Source: a virus
Length of the DNA stretch: 64,000 nt
Direction: 5' to 3' (one strand)
IMG/VR virus record: IMGVR_UViG_3300044609_000721
Position numbers and translations under genes: made by a program. Positions 53,405 through 63,044 of this stretch are shown here, in pieces; the stretch's first letter is position 1, and the number at the start of each line of letters is the position of its first letter. The notes under the pieces were generated by a model. The model was given only the letters and a program-made list of their open reading frames with translations, had not been told where the DNA came from and ran no database searches.

Positions 53405-54068
53405 TCTTTCTTCCAGCATTAAAAGCATCGATATACTCCTTTAATAATGTAAAATAATAATCTAGATCGTACTTCACTATCACTTGGCAATCGCCTTCTT
53501 CTGTAGCAATGATAGTTACAATCTTCTTTGGCATAAGTCCAGTTCGTTCGTAGAACATAACTGCGTATGCAGTTTCTTGGACAAAATAGTTTTCAATCCA
53601 CTCTTCTTTTTTTTCTTTATCTGATGTTTTGAAATCAATTACAGCAAGTTCGTTATCAAACTCAGCAATACAATCAACTCGTCCTGCTACACCTAGATAA
53701 TCGGAATATAAAGCACCTTCAAGAACATGAATGTTATTGATCCTATTGAGGATAGGTTTCGCAACTTGGAATAAAGTAAAAGGAAGAGGTTTACTTTTGT
53801 GCTCTTCAAGTGATTCATTCTTTAGATATGATTCAACAATACTATGAAAAGCAGTACCTCTTCCTGTTGCTCTGGTTGTTTTACGATTTGCTACCTCTTC
53901 CCCAACTCTCTGGCGCCATTCCTTAAAGAATGCTGCCTTCTTAAATGAAGTTACTGTAGTAATGGATGGATATTGTTTCCCCGATGGTGTGGGGTAGAAA
54001 CGCATACCATCTTTATCAATGGACTCCAGTTCTTCAAGTTGAACTGGAAGGGTAACAAAATTAAACAT
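53394..54068 (-). CDS. PD-(D/E)XK (Cas4/RecB-like) exonuclease
   Basis: YPSITT, RGTAFH, AGRVDC, IDFKTS, Q..AYA. Confidence 0.85.
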   Translation of the reverse strand: MFNFVTLPVQLEELESIDKDGMRFYPTPSGKQYPSITTVTSFKKAAFFKEWRQRVGEEVANRKTTRATGRGTAFHSIVESYLKNESLEEHKSKPLPFTLFQVAKPILNRINNIHVLEGALYSDYLGVAGRVDCIAEFDNELAVIDFKTSDKEKKEEWIENYFVQETAYAVMFYERTGLMPKKIVTIIATEEGDCQVIVKYDLDYYFTLLKEYIDAFNAGRKNAK

Positions 54069-54823
54069 CAGAAACCTAAATTCAATTTACTAATAATGTA
54101 ACTACGGACAAGACCAGAACGAACGATGTCATCAACACCAAACTCAATACAACGAAACTCTTCCATGGTTTCTAGGATCTTCATGAAGTCTAGGACTCCA
54201 TTCTTTTCATTCTGCTTAATAAGGTCAGACTGAGTAATATCACCAGAGAAAATAATCTTAGCATCTTGACCCACACGGGTAATCATTGAGTCAAGTTCAT
54301 GGAAGTTTAGGTTAGCAAACTCATCGACAACAATGATGCAGTTATCGAGAGTGACACCACGAATATAAGAAGTGCTCCAGAAGGAGATAGTTTCTTGAGC
54401 CCTTAGATTATTATATAGCATCTCAAAGGCATTATCGTCAGGCATCTCAAACATAAACTTTACCATATTCTTATAGGGAATCTGATAAAGTGCTGATTTA
54501 TCTTCATGATCTCCAGGAAGGAAACCGATTTCTCTAGTTGGGACAAGAGAACGAACAACGTAAATCTTTTCGTATGGTGTATTGGGATTAAGTACTTCCC
54601 TCAGTGCTAGGTATAGACTGATAAATGTTTTACCAGTACCAGCACACCCATGAAGAATCATATGTTTGTCATCTGACCAAGCATCGAACACAGCTCTTTG
54701 TGAGTCTGTTAGTGGTTCGATGTTGAGGAGGTGATCACTATTAATTGGTTTCTTTCTTCTCATTTGTTTCGCACTCATTCCAGCGGGAACTACAGAGTTG
54801 TTGTTTCTCTTTTTAACTGGCAT
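54068..54823 (-). CDS. phoH: PhoH family ATPase
   Basis: GCAGTGKT, GFLPG, RGVTL, DEFAN, GDITQSDL, DIVRS. Confidence 0.95.
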   Translation of the reverse strand: MPVKKRNNNSVVPAGMSAKQMRRKKPINSDHLLNIEPLTDSQRAVFDAWSDDKHMILHGCAGTGKTFISLYLALREVLNPNTPYEKIYVVRSLVPTREIGFLPGDHEDKSALYQIPYKNMVKFMFEMPDDNAFEMLYNNLRAQETISFWSTSYIRGVTLDNCIIVVDEFANLNFHELDSMITRVGQDAKIIFSGDITQSDLIKQNEKNGVLDFMKILETMEEFRCIEFGVDDIVRSGLVRSYIISKLNLGF

Positions 54824-54824
54824 A

Positions 54825-55055
54825 TCAGGTAAATCGTGATAGGTTTGCTCTCGGATGTGCTTCTTGCACTTTAGTCATTACTTCTTTGAATGCATCCGAA
54901 CTTTTCGGTGCTCCATACATAGTTCCCCCACATCCAGCAGACCAATCTTTATCCCATTCAGGATTATCCTTGCGCCACTGTTCATACTCTTTCATTGTCA
55001 TGTAAAGTTCTTGTTTGTCACCAGTATTAGTATTAATAACGGGATATGTTGGCAT
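54825..55055 (-). CDS. FmdB-like small protein (Cys-less variant)
   Basis: MPTYP...TG; GGAG SD. Confidence 0.6.
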   Translation of the reverse strand: MPTYPVINTNTGDKQELYMTMKEYEQWRKDNPEWDKDWSAGCGGTMYGAPKSSDAFKEVMTKVQEAHPRANLSRFT

Positions 55056-55068
55056 TGAGCACCTCCTC

Positions 55069-55215
55069 TTATTTAGTGGTAGCGATTTGAGACTTATTTG
55101 AGAACTCTTTCTTGAGTTCTTTACGGATCCTTTGATAGAAATCTAGAATGTCATGATTGTTATTGTAGATCAGACCACACTCTTTTGCGACTTCAATTAC
55201 TTCTTGGTTATTCAT
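55069..55215 (-). CDS. hypothetical protein (48 aa, not in the track)
   Basis: MNNQEVIEVAKECGLIYNNNHDILDFYQRIRKELKKEFSNKSQIATTK. Confidence 0.5.
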   Translation of the reverse strand: MNNQEVIEVAKECGLIYNNNHDILDFYQRIRKELKKEFSNKSQIATTK

Positions 55216-55217
55216 TT

Positions 55218-55913
55218 TCAATCAATCCTGATACAAGGTTGTGTATTTTCCCAGTCTTTACAATCACACTCTCCATCACACCATCCAAGTGCTTCAGCAA
55301 CACTCGGGAACTGACAAACAAAGATTCTCTTTGCTGCCTCTGCAACTTCCATGTGTTCTGCTTGAGTTCCGTTCTTCTCTCGGAGACCGATGTAGTGGAT
55401 CCATGAACGGCACGAGCCTGTCATGTAGATACGAGTGGGAGTATTTTGTGGAAGCACCTTGCGGGCACACTCCTTTGCCACTCCTGCAGTAAGCATATCA
55501 TCATACAGATCCATGATGTCAGCGAAGACATGCTTGATGCGACGTTCAAAACTACGCTTCAGTTCAGGATCAAGATCATCGATAGAGTTCTGACGATTCT
55601 TGGTATCCTGCTTACGAAGTTGGGGAACAGGAAGTTCTTCAGTTAGAAGAGATGCATCAGCATACCGTTGGGAAAACTGCTGGAAGCAGAAGCTTCTATG
55701 ACGAAGAATTTGAGTTGCGATATCTAGAGTTGTTTCGATCTCTAGGGTCATGGTTGATTGCTCAAACACAGACCAGTGCTGGTGATCAATACAATACTTT
55801 AGAAGTTTAGCATAGTTAGGGTTCTCCTGGTTTGAAGGATTACTAACCCTTGCGATATATGCCATTGTCTTTTCTGCATCTGGAGTCACAGAAACCAAAC
55901 ATGCTTTAGTCAT
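55218..55913 (-). CDS. thyX: flavin-dependent thymidylate synthase
   Basis: HWSVFE, QILRHRSFCFQQFSQRY, ARKVLP, SWIHY..LR. Confidence 0.9.
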   Translation of the reverse strand: MTKACLVSVTPDAEKTMAYIARVSNPSNQENPNYAKLLKYCIDHQHWSVFEQSTMTLEIETTLDIATQILRHRSFCFQQFSQRYADASLLTEELPVPQLRKQDTKNRQNSIDDLDPELKRSFERRIKHVFADIMDLYDDMLTAGVAKECARKVLPQNTPTRIYMTGSCRSWIHYIGLREKNGTQAEHMEVAEAAKRIFVCQFPSVAEALGWCDGECDCKDWENTQPCIRID

Positions 55914-56199
55914 TAGATCTTTTACCTCTCAAAATTCTTGCTACGACCACCGTTCCCAGTGATTCAACGTAACCTATGTTAGCAAAGTTGAACATTTTTG
56001 TCAAGGACACATTGAAGGCAACCATGAACAGTAACGGCAGTACAACAGTATAGGTGATGACACCATTAATTATTTGTGATACTGCCTTTACTTGCTCAGT
56101 GTGTTCTTGCTCTTCAGTTAGTTCTTCTTCTTGTTCTTCAATCGCTCTTTGATCAAGATAGATTGTAGTCTTATTCTTCTGTTTCAATTGATTTTTCAT
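55906..56199 (-). CDS. membrane protein
   Basis: Two C-terminal hydrophobic segments; start uncertain. Confidence 0.6.
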   Translation of the reverse strand: MKNQLKQKNKTTIYLDQRAIEEQEEELTEEQEHTEQVKAVSQIINGVITYTVVLPLLFMVAFNVSLTKMFNFANIGYVESLGTVVVARILRGKRSND

Positions 56200-56590
56200 C
56201 TTGTTTAGGACAATCAGGAACCCATGGGGCACATAATCTCATTTCTCCACCCAATAATTCTTGTGCTTTAGAACCGTCAGGTGCTTTTTCTGAATACACT
56301 GGAGGTGAAACCTCAGCAGGTCTTTCTCCAATAGATTTCCAGTAATCATCAATGGCTTTGTCTACATCACGTTTGATCCTTCTATCTAATTTTTCAGGAT
56401 CTTTAATTACAAACTCATTGAGTATTGTACCTGGGAAATATTTTCTTTGAACTGCATCCAGTATATCCCAAAGTTGAATTTCGGAAACACCAGTACACTG
56501 AGATAGAGTTGCGATTATTGTTGACAAAACAATTCCAATAATCGCATACTGCTTAATGTCTGGTTTTTTATTTCCGAAATTGAACTTCAT
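56171..56590 (-). CDS. conserved cyanophage-type membrane-anchored protein
   Basis: Probable start MKFNFG at 56590; transmembrane segment, then LWDILD.VQRK. Confidence 0.7.
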   Translation of the reverse strand: MKFNFGNKKPDIKQYAIIGIVLSTIIATLSQCTGVSEIQLWDILDAVQRKYFPGTILNEFVIKDPEKLDRRIKRDVDKAIDDYWKSIGERPAEVSPPVYSEKAPDGSKAQELLGGEMRLCAPWVPDCPKQDEKSIETEE

Positions 56591-56844
56591 TTTTTCTTCT
56601 TCTCTTGTTTCTTGGGTGGACCCCACAACTTAGGATTGACTCTACCTTCAGTTTGTTTAAAGTCAACAAAATCTTCACGATACCTATCCCAATAATAATC
56701 AAAGATTTCGATCTTCTTATTGGCAATGATCAAATCGTAAGTAATGACTCCATCCATTTTATACGTCACCAAATATGAAGTGTATGGCAAAGTTCGATCA
56801 CTTGCCATCTCTGGATCACAATTCTGATGGAGAATTCTCATCAA
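56587..56844 (-). CDS. conserved hypothetical protein
   Basis: IFDYYWDRY...QTEGRVNPKLW. Confidence 0.7.
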   Translation of the reverse strand: MMRILHQNCDPEMASDRTLPYTSYLVTYKMDGVITYDLIIANKKIEIFDYYWDRYREDFVDFKQTEGRVNPKLWGPPKKQEKKKK

Positions 56845-57293
56845 CTACGGCCTCCCCATGTGATTTGTGGAAATGCTTCTTCCACTACTGCTTTGGTGAT
56901 ACGATACTTCTTCTGCAGTTCTTTATCTTTCACTAGACAAAGTAGTTCTGCTTCAGAACTATGAAGACCTTCTAACAATTGAACGAACATCTGTTCACGC
57001 TGAAATTGCTTCAGTTCATTGTTGCCACCTTTGATGTAGTTGTACAGTTTCCTATACTCTTGTTCTAGGATTGTATGTTCCGTTCCTGCAGGTGCTTCAT
57101 TAGGACGATAGGGAACTTCCCCTTCTGGAATCATTGAAATGATACTCTCATCATAATTCCAGATTAGGATAGAGCGAAGTGCTTGAGTATTATATTGTTG
57201 CAGTAGTTTAATTTTCTCTGCTTTAGTCTTAGCATTCGAAACTTTTTGCAGGACTTCAGAAAGCAGCAGTCGATTACTAGTGTCCATTGACAT
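56841..57293 (-). CDS. conserved T4-like hypothetical protein (DUF6433-like)
   Basis: LLSEVLQKVSNAKTKAEK...LPEG-like motif...RE.MFVQLLEGLH. Confidence 0.7.
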   Translation of the reverse strand: MSMDTSNRLLLSEVLQKVSNAKTKAEKIKLLQQYNTQALRSILIWNYDESIISMIPEGEVPYRPNEAPAGTEHTILEQEYRKLYNYIKGGNNELKQFQREQMFVQLLEGLHSSEAELLCLVKDKELQKKYRITKAVVEEAFPQITWGGRS

Positions 57294-57294
57294 T

Positions 57295-58170
57295 TTAAAA
57301 TTCTCCGATTTTATCAAGTAAATTAATAAGTTGTTGTTTCACAAAATAACTATACATTTTATTTCGTGGAGTTTGGGTCACTGAATCAAATGATTCTAGA
57401 ATTCTTTCTTCGACCTCTACAGGTATATATGAGAAATCAATTAGAGTCAGATTACGCTTATAGTAATTCATCTGCTCTTCATTGCAAAATTGTTCTGCTG
57501 ATAGATTAACAATCCTATCAAGATTCTTTTTCATTAAAGGTTTTTGTCTTTTACCTTCAACGAAAGTATCATCGGGAGAAAGATAATTTGGAATACCATC
57601 AGACTTATCTCCCTTAAGAACATGCTCAAGAATATATTTCTTGGGATCCATTCCAGAAACAAACTTCTTCATCACTGGATTGTACTGCTTAAGCCAAGGA
57701 TACTTTTGCAATTGAATGAAATCTTTATCTCCAGAAAGAATGAGAACCTTACCAATAGGTTTCATGTCTCGTTGCAACTTAATATTTTCGTGTGCTTGAT
57801 ATTTGGTTAGGACAGAAATAATATCATCTGCTTCTGCACCATCAACCTCCATAACTTTGTATGGCATGTTCTCACGAATTTCATCTCTAATCTGATTAAG
57901 AATCTCAAAAATAGATCCCCAATTAAAATTAGATTTCTCTCGATCTTTCTTTCGAGTTCCTTTATAGTATGGGAAATATTCCCTCCTCCAATAATGTTTG
58001 GAGTCATAACAAAGGACTAGTTCCCCATACTCCTCACCAAACTTCTGATTATACATCCGAAGAGAGTTGAGAACCATATGGCGAACTAGTCCCTTATCAA
58101 GTTCATTAGATAATTGAATCTGAACCATCAGATTAGAAATCATCACTTGGTTCATATCGATAAGGATCAT
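57295..58170 (-). CDS. rnh: T4-type RNase H (5'-3' exonuclease)
   Basis: ILIDMNQ, YWRR..FPYYK..RK, EADDII, SGDKDF.QL, GDKSDGIPN. Confidence 0.92.
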   Translation of the reverse strand: MILIDMNQVMISNLMVQIQLSNELDKGLVRHMVLNSLRMYNQKFGEEYGELVLCYDSKHYWRREYFPYYKGTRKKDREKSNFNWGSIFEILNQIRDEIRENMPYKVMEVDGAEADDIISVLTKYQAHENIKLQRDMKPIGKVLILSGDKDFIQLQKYPWLKQYNPVMKKFVSGMDPKKYILEHVLKGDKSDGIPNYLSPDDTFVEGKRQKPLMKKNLDRIVNLSAEQFCNEEQMNYYKRNLTLIDFSYIPVEVEERILESFDSVTQTPRNKMYSYFVKQQLINLLDKIGEF

Positions 58171-58175
58171 GTCAG

Positions 58176-58418
58176 TTATTCATCTTCCTCATCAAATATA
58201 TCATCATCGTCCGAGAATGTCAAGTAGGTCAGTTCATCTTGTAGGATACGACCGTCTTCATCTAGCATTTCTGGATGAATGATGTGCTTAGCGTAACTAG
58301 CATTTTGATACCAAGCATCAAATAAATTATTCGAAAACCATCCAAGTACAAAGGCAAGGATGAAAGTACCTATCGTCAAAAAGAAAGATACGTATATAAA
58401 CTCTATATGCTCTAGCAT
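58176..58418 (-). CDS. membrane-anchored hypothetical protein
   Basis: N-terminal transmembrane segment; HPEM.DEDG. Confidence 0.7.
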   Translation of the reverse strand: MLEHIEFIYVSFFLTIGTFILAFVLGWFSNNLFDAWYQNASYAKHIIHPEMLDEDGRILQDELTYLTFSDDDDIFDEEDE

Positions 58419-58489
58419 GGGTTCCTCCTGCTAACGTTTTGGATAATAAAAGAACCCAACCTCCTATCTAAACTCAAAACTATTTATTA

Positions 58490-58726
58490 CTAAAGGAGTC
58501 CCTTAGATCTAAAGTAGTTAATAGATTCAGTGCATCCACCAAGAAGAAGATCATCATTAATTACTCTAGGAAAAGTCGAACCTTCTCCGAACTGAGAGTA
58601 GAATTGATTGCGGTTAAAGTCTCTATCTAAAATATACTCTGCATAATTCCACCCCTTGGCGTCAAATACTTGTTTAATCTTGTCGCAATATGGACAACCA
58701 GGCTTAGTGTATACAGCAAGTTTCAT
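58490..58726 (-). CDS. nrdC: glutaredoxin
   Basis: CPYC, TFPRV, GGC. Confidence 0.9.
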   Translation of the reverse strand: MKLAVYTKPGCPYCDKIKQVFDAKGWNYAEYILDRDFNRNQFYSQFGEGSTFPRVINDDLLLGGCTESINYFRSKGLL

Positions 58727-58890
58727 GTCAGTCCCCCTGTCATTTGATTAAAATTGTCTTGCATTTCTTTAAATGTTTTCTTCTTCAATTCATCGTCATC
58801 GATGAATTCATCAAGTACTTTAATGATATCATTAAATGAATCTCGAATCAACTCAACAGTTTCAGATACGTCTAGTTTATCAGGTTCCAT
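58723..58890 (-). CDS. hypothetical protein (55 aa, not in the track)
   Basis: MEPDKLDVSETVELIRDSF...; ATGA overlap with glutaredoxin. Confidence 0.55.
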   Translation of the reverse strand: MEPDKLDVSETVELIRDSFNDIIKVLDEFIDDDELKKKTFKEMQDNFNQMTGGLT

Positions 58891-58907
58891 ATATTAAAGT
58901 ACTGAAG

Positions 58908-58981
58908 TCCAGATGGAGGGATTTGAACCCCCGACCGCCCGCTCCCAAAGCGGATGCGCTACCAAACTGCGCTACATCTGG
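58908..58981 (-). tRNA. tRNA-Pro(UGG)
   Basis: CCAGATG/CATCTGG acceptor; TCCGC-TTTGGGA-GCGGG. Confidence 0.92.
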
Positions 58982-59069
58982 TGGCGGAGGGGGTGGGATT
59001 CGAACCCACGGAGGCTTTCACCTCGCTGGTTTTCAAGACCAGAGCCTTCAACCACTCGACCACCCCTCC
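58982..59069 (-). tRNA. tRNA-Ser(UGA) with encoded CCA
   Basis: GGAGGGG/CCCCTCC, G73, CCA; CTGGT-CTTGAAA-ACCAG; long variable arm. Confidence 0.95.
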
Positions 59070-59080
59070 TTACATACTAT

Positions 59081-59109
59081 ATATTAGTCCATTTCACCGA
59101 GTTTGTCAA
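59081..59109 (-). promoter_or_regulatory. sigma70-type promoter for the tRNA-Ser/Pro pair
   Basis: TTGACA-17-TAATAT. Confidence 0.75.
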
Positions 59110-59404
59110 GGGTCTTGATCTCAAATAAAGAAGACTTATAGTATCTGGAGATCTTTTTAGTCTTTTTCCACTTTTCATGTTTAGTGGAATCGGTAGAATG
59201 AATTTTCTGAAGTGCTTTCAATTCTTCTAAGGTTTTATAAATTTTTCTATTCAGGACAGCACTATGTCCTTCATCCTGATTTGGAATATAATTGTCTTGA
59301 GGTACAAGACTTTCCACTTCAATCTCGCCTTCTGGGATGCGTTGTTGCATCTCCTCTGGAAGATCTTCGTATTTAATTTCAGGCAAATCCATTAAGTTCT
59401 CCAT
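59084..59404 (-). CDS. hypothetical protein
   Basis: 106 aa ORF; ATG overlaps the upstream TAA. Confidence 0.65.
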   Translation of the reverse strand: MENLMDLPEIKYEDLPEEMQQRIPEGEIEVESLVPQDNYIPNQDEGHSAVLNRKIYKTLEELKALQKIHSTDSTKHEKWKKTKKISRYYKSSLFEIKTLDKLGEMD

Positions 59405-62400
59405 TAAGTACCAGTATTATCTAGATTGTCTTCATAGTATGTTTCACCACCTGGCAAGTTTGCTGGCAGACTATAACCATACCTATAACGAATCTGACCA
59501 TCATCACCTTTTCTTCCAGGTATATCATTTCTGACTTGAGTAACCTTTATCTGGAAGGTGAAATACTGTCCGCTAATATTAGCAGGTTTATCATATATCG
59601 TCAAGTTTCTAGTGAGTCCCCACTCTGGAGAGGTTTTATCCCACCAAGGTTGAGTACCCTCACTTTGTAATGGTGGGAATGTACCAGTAACAGTATCGTT
59701 TACGGCCCACCCAGCACCCAATCCCCACTTAGGGATTCCTCTCAATCTAATTTTAGTTGACCAAGTATTTCCAATCTTAACTGGATTCCACCATAGGGCA
59801 AGTTCCAATGATTTTGGTTTGTAAATACCATCTCTGTTGATACTATTATTATCTGCTCCTTCATATGTTCCATATCTCAATCTCTGTAGATCCAAATCAT
59901 TCGTGGGATTTGAATCGGTAGATCCCCAAAAATAATGAAAGGGGAACTCTACACCACTCATATCATTTGTCCAAACACCTTGACCCATCCCAGGAATAGT
60001 TACATCATAAGTCGATCCAGAAGAATTGTATAGTGCATATTCATTGCCGTTAAATATGATACTAAATCTAGTTGGTCTCGATCCACCAAATCCTCCACTA
60101 CCATGGCGATATGATTCATCATTTGTTCCAGGACGTTGATAACCAGAAATAAATCCTCCTGGTGCTTGATAAAAATGTTCAACAGTTACTGCTGGATGAT
60201 TGATAACAAATGTCTTACCAGAAGAACCACCAAAAGCAGTAGAATCACCATTCTGGCAAGATGCAGATCCATACTTTAAATCATAAGCAGTAAGTCCAGA
60301 TCTTCCTCGGCGGCCGCCTCCTCCACCGCCACCAGGACCATCACCAATTCTATGGTCACTACCATACTTACCGCAGTACATATCAGTTGACCAAATTTTA
60401 TTCATGGATGGATTGTAAAGTTCTAAAGCAAGGCCTGCTGGGTTATCTTTCCAGTTATTACCATCTTCACCATTATAAAGAAGGAACCTAAACACATATC
60501 TTCCAGCAGAAGAATTTGAAAATGTAATTGTATTTGGTACAGAACTTCTAAAGTCTGAGCATGTTCCAATCAAAGTCCAATTATTAGCTCCATTAAGATC
60601 TGCAGGTAGAGTAGAAGGGAATGCTGAATTTGAATTCAGATCTGGATTCCTATCGGGTTCACCATTATAAAATCTAGATCCATCAACATATGATGATTGA
60701 CCTGGATCATACCATGCTGCTCTGTAGATTCCGACTTTATTATCGCACAACACTTTAATTGTGTGAGTTCCTACAGAAGATAATTCTAAATTTATCCTAA
60801 CATCTTGATATTGACCTTGTACTGGATCATGATCATTTACCCATACAGACCTTTCTGCCAACCAGTTACTCCAAGATGGATGATATTTACTTACCGAGTA
60901 TAGTGGTGGGTTTGAAAATAGTGGTATTGCATCCCTAAGAAATCCATACGATTCATTCGTATTGATATCAGTTTTTGAAATGTTGTCTCCACTGTACAAA
61001 TTATTCTGCCAATTACCCCAAGGTGCAGGATCACACCCATCATTAGAGTTGCTACTCTTGACATAAGAATCTCCACCATCATTCGATCCTTGTGAACTTC
61101 TTGTTGCTCCACCTGATCCCACAACTATAGTAAGAGTCGCACCAGGAGTTACAGGTACATCAGAAGTCCAAGCATATCCACCACCGCCTCCACCACTTCC
61201 ATGATCATCACCAGTTGGATCTTTAGCACCGCTTCCGCCGCCTCCAATACAAACAACTTCACTCAAAGATGTAACTCCTACTGGAACAGTCCAAGAATAT
61301 GATCCTGGTGATGTATATGAAAGTGTACTGCTGCCATACTTAATTCTTACGGCTCCATTTCCACCAGCACCGCCTGTCCCGCCAGGGGCGCATCCTCCTC
61401 CACCGCCGCCATAGGCGCCTCCAGATGCCCCGTTAGCAGTGCTACTGCTGGACCCATTGGATAAGTGGTACCCGTCTAGGGAGACCCCGTGGCCTCCTCC
61501 ACCGCCCTTGGTGGCGATGGTGGCAGTATTCTTGGATTGCCCCGTCTCATATCTCCCGCCTGCACCGCCTCCATACTTACCTGAAGTTGGATCATCGCTT
61601 CCACCATTGCCACCATCATTACCAACTCCAACGTGGACTTTACCAGAAATACCTAATTGATAATCGTCCAATCCACCATGACCACCAGTAGAGTAGCATA
61701 GAACATTTTTATGTGCATTCGATCCATTTTCCAAGAAAGATAAACATCCTTGGCCTCCACCTCCACCACCTCCACCAACAGAAGCAATTAACTGACCATT
61801 AATATAAAGTTCTGAGGATCCTCCTCCTCCACCTCCACCACCTGAGGCTCCATTTTGCCCCGATGTTCCACCTGGAGATCCACCATTAAATGATTTTAAT
61901 AATTTTTTTTGTTCATTACTGAAATGTATTCCAGGGCGGCCACCTTCTCCAACTACGGCAACTATGGTATTCGTTATGGATGGATCCAAAGAGATGTTAA
62001 ATCTCAATAAAGATCCAGTTCCTCCAGAATTATTTCCAGATCCCGAACCACCATTAGATCCCCTATCACCACCGCCTGCTCCTCCGCCAGCGCCAATCAT
62101 AATTACATCCATACTATTAATACCTATAGGTGTAGTATGTTCGTAAATTCCGTGGGCACTATATCTCTGTATAGATCCACAGATCAACATTGGTTGAACT
62201 TCAATTGGTAAGGTTTTTATTTTTGTATTTACTGGTAATAACCCTCCACATCTCTCAGCAACAATTGAAGGATCATCCAAGATATCATCATAATCTTCGG
62301 CTGTACATTCACTCATAACCCTAGGATCATAACAAATCCTAGTATTCTCATCAATATCAATACATTCTAGTTCCCCAAGTAATCCAGGATCACCTATGGT

Positions 62401-62745
62401 ATCAAGTAAAACTGTTGGTGGAGAATCGATTGCAACTGTAGCAGGAAGATCACTAACAGGATCTTCTGGACAATCATAATATTTTCCAGTATCAATCAAT
62501 CCAGTACCTTCACTGGAAGCAATATCACATATTGGTCCATATGGACCATTAGGAGTATATTTTTGTAAAACTGTAACAGACTTACAAAGTGATGCTTTCT
62601 TCAAAGATGGTGGTCTGGTAGTAGAAGTGGTAGTATCTTCGACTGAAGATTCGACGATAACTTCTCTTATTATAATTTCTGGTGTAGGTTCAGGGATAAT
62701 GTCACAAATTGGACCATACAACCCATTAGGAAAATAGATTGTCAT
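59404..62745 (-). CDS. large glycine-rich multidomain virion protein (adhesin-like)
   Basis: 1113 aa; PNG.YGPICDI twice; two polyglycine modules and inserted beta-rich domains. Confidence 0.75.
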   Translation of the reverse strand: MTIYFPNGLYGPICDIIPEPTPEIIIREVIVESSVEDTTTSTTRPPSLKKASLCKSVTVLQKYTPNGPYGPICDIASSEGTGLIDTGKYYDCPEDPVSDLPATVAIDSPPTVLLDTIGDPGLLGELECIDIDENTRICYDPRVMSECTAEDYDDILDDPSIVAERCGGLLPVNTKIKTLPIEVQPMLICGSIQRYSAHGIYEHTTPIGINSMDVIMIGAGGGAGGGDRGSNGGSGSGNNSGGTGSLLRFNISLDPSITNTIVAVVGEGGRPGIHFSNEQKKLLKSFNGGSPGGTSGQNGASGGGGGGGGSSELYINGQLIASVGGGGGGGGQGCLSFLENGSNAHKNVLCYSTGGHGGLDDYQLGISGKVHVGVGNDGGNGGSDDPTSGKYGGGAGGRYETGQSKNTATIATKGGGGGHGVSLDGYHLSNGSSSSTANGASGGAYGGGGGGCAPGGTGGAGGNGAVRIKYGSSTLSYTSPGSYSWTVPVGVTSLSEVVCIGGGGSGAKDPTGDDHGSGGGGGGYAWTSDVPVTPGATLTIVVGSGGATRSSQGSNDGGDSYVKSSNSNDGCDPAPWGNWQNNLYSGDNISKTDINTNESYGFLRDAIPLFSNPPLYSVSKYHPSWSNWLAERSVWVNDHDPVQGQYQDVRINLELSSVGTHTIKVLCDNKVGIYRAAWYDPGQSSYVDGSRFYNGEPDRNPDLNSNSAFPSTLPADLNGANNWTLIGTCSDFRSSVPNTITFSNSSAGRYVFRFLLYNGEDGNNWKDNPAGLALELYNPSMNKIWSTDMYCGKYGSDHRIGDGPGGGGGGGRRGRSGLTAYDLKYGSASCQNGDSTAFGGSSGKTFVINHPAVTVEHFYQAPGGFISGYQRPGTNDESYRHGSGGFGGSRPTRFSIIFNGNEYALYNSSGSTYDVTIPGMGQGVWTNDMSGVEFPFHYFWGSTDSNPTNDLDLQRLRYGTYEGADNNSINRDGIYKPKSLELALWWNPVKIGNTWSTKIRLRGIPKWGLGAGWAVNDTVTGTFPPLQSEGTQPWWDKTSPEWGLTRNLTIYDKPANISGQYFTFQIKVTQVRNDIPGRKGDDGQIRYRYGYSLPANLPGGETYYEDNLDNTGT

Positions 62746-62797
62746 TACATACGAAAGGTTTTATTTTATTTAGATAACAATTCAAAACAAAAAAACG

Positions 62798-62805
62798 TAT
62801 AAATA
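62798..62805 (+). promoter_or_regulatory. T4-type late promoter
   Basis: TATAAATA on the plus strand. Confidence 0.75.
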
Positions 62806-62810
62806 ATCTC

Positions 62811-63044
62811 AGGAGGAGAAATCCTTCGGTTAGAGATCAGATGTATTACTAAAAGATTCCAGCAATGGCTCTTTCATTAATCCTTCACCTCTAATTGAAT
62901 TACGATTCAATTTTAAATAGAAGTAATCCCAGACGATTCACCTACAATTGTCTGTGGGAGCGATTCGTCTGGCATTATGTCATGGACGGATTGAATCGTT
63001 TTCTCCTCTCCTTAAACACATTCTTTTCCTTAAGGAGAAAACAA
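62811..63044 (+). ncRNA. candidate structured 5' leader
   Basis: Several perfect helices, a UACG tetraloop, and an anti-SD with two alternative partners. Confidence 0.5.

Noticed and set aside
53394-54068. Cas4-like nuclease as evidence of CRISPR
   Set aside because: No repeat-spacer array or other cas gene seen; this exonuclease is standard beside phoH in cyanomyoviruses
58836-59128. ORFs 58836-59087 (-) and 58913-59128 (+); also 34366-34560 (+)
   Set aside because: They run through tRNA genes and are artefacts
62895-63044. 50-aa N-terminal extension of the last plus-strand ORF
   Set aside because: The strong SD precedes ATG 63045; the extension is better explained as a structured leader
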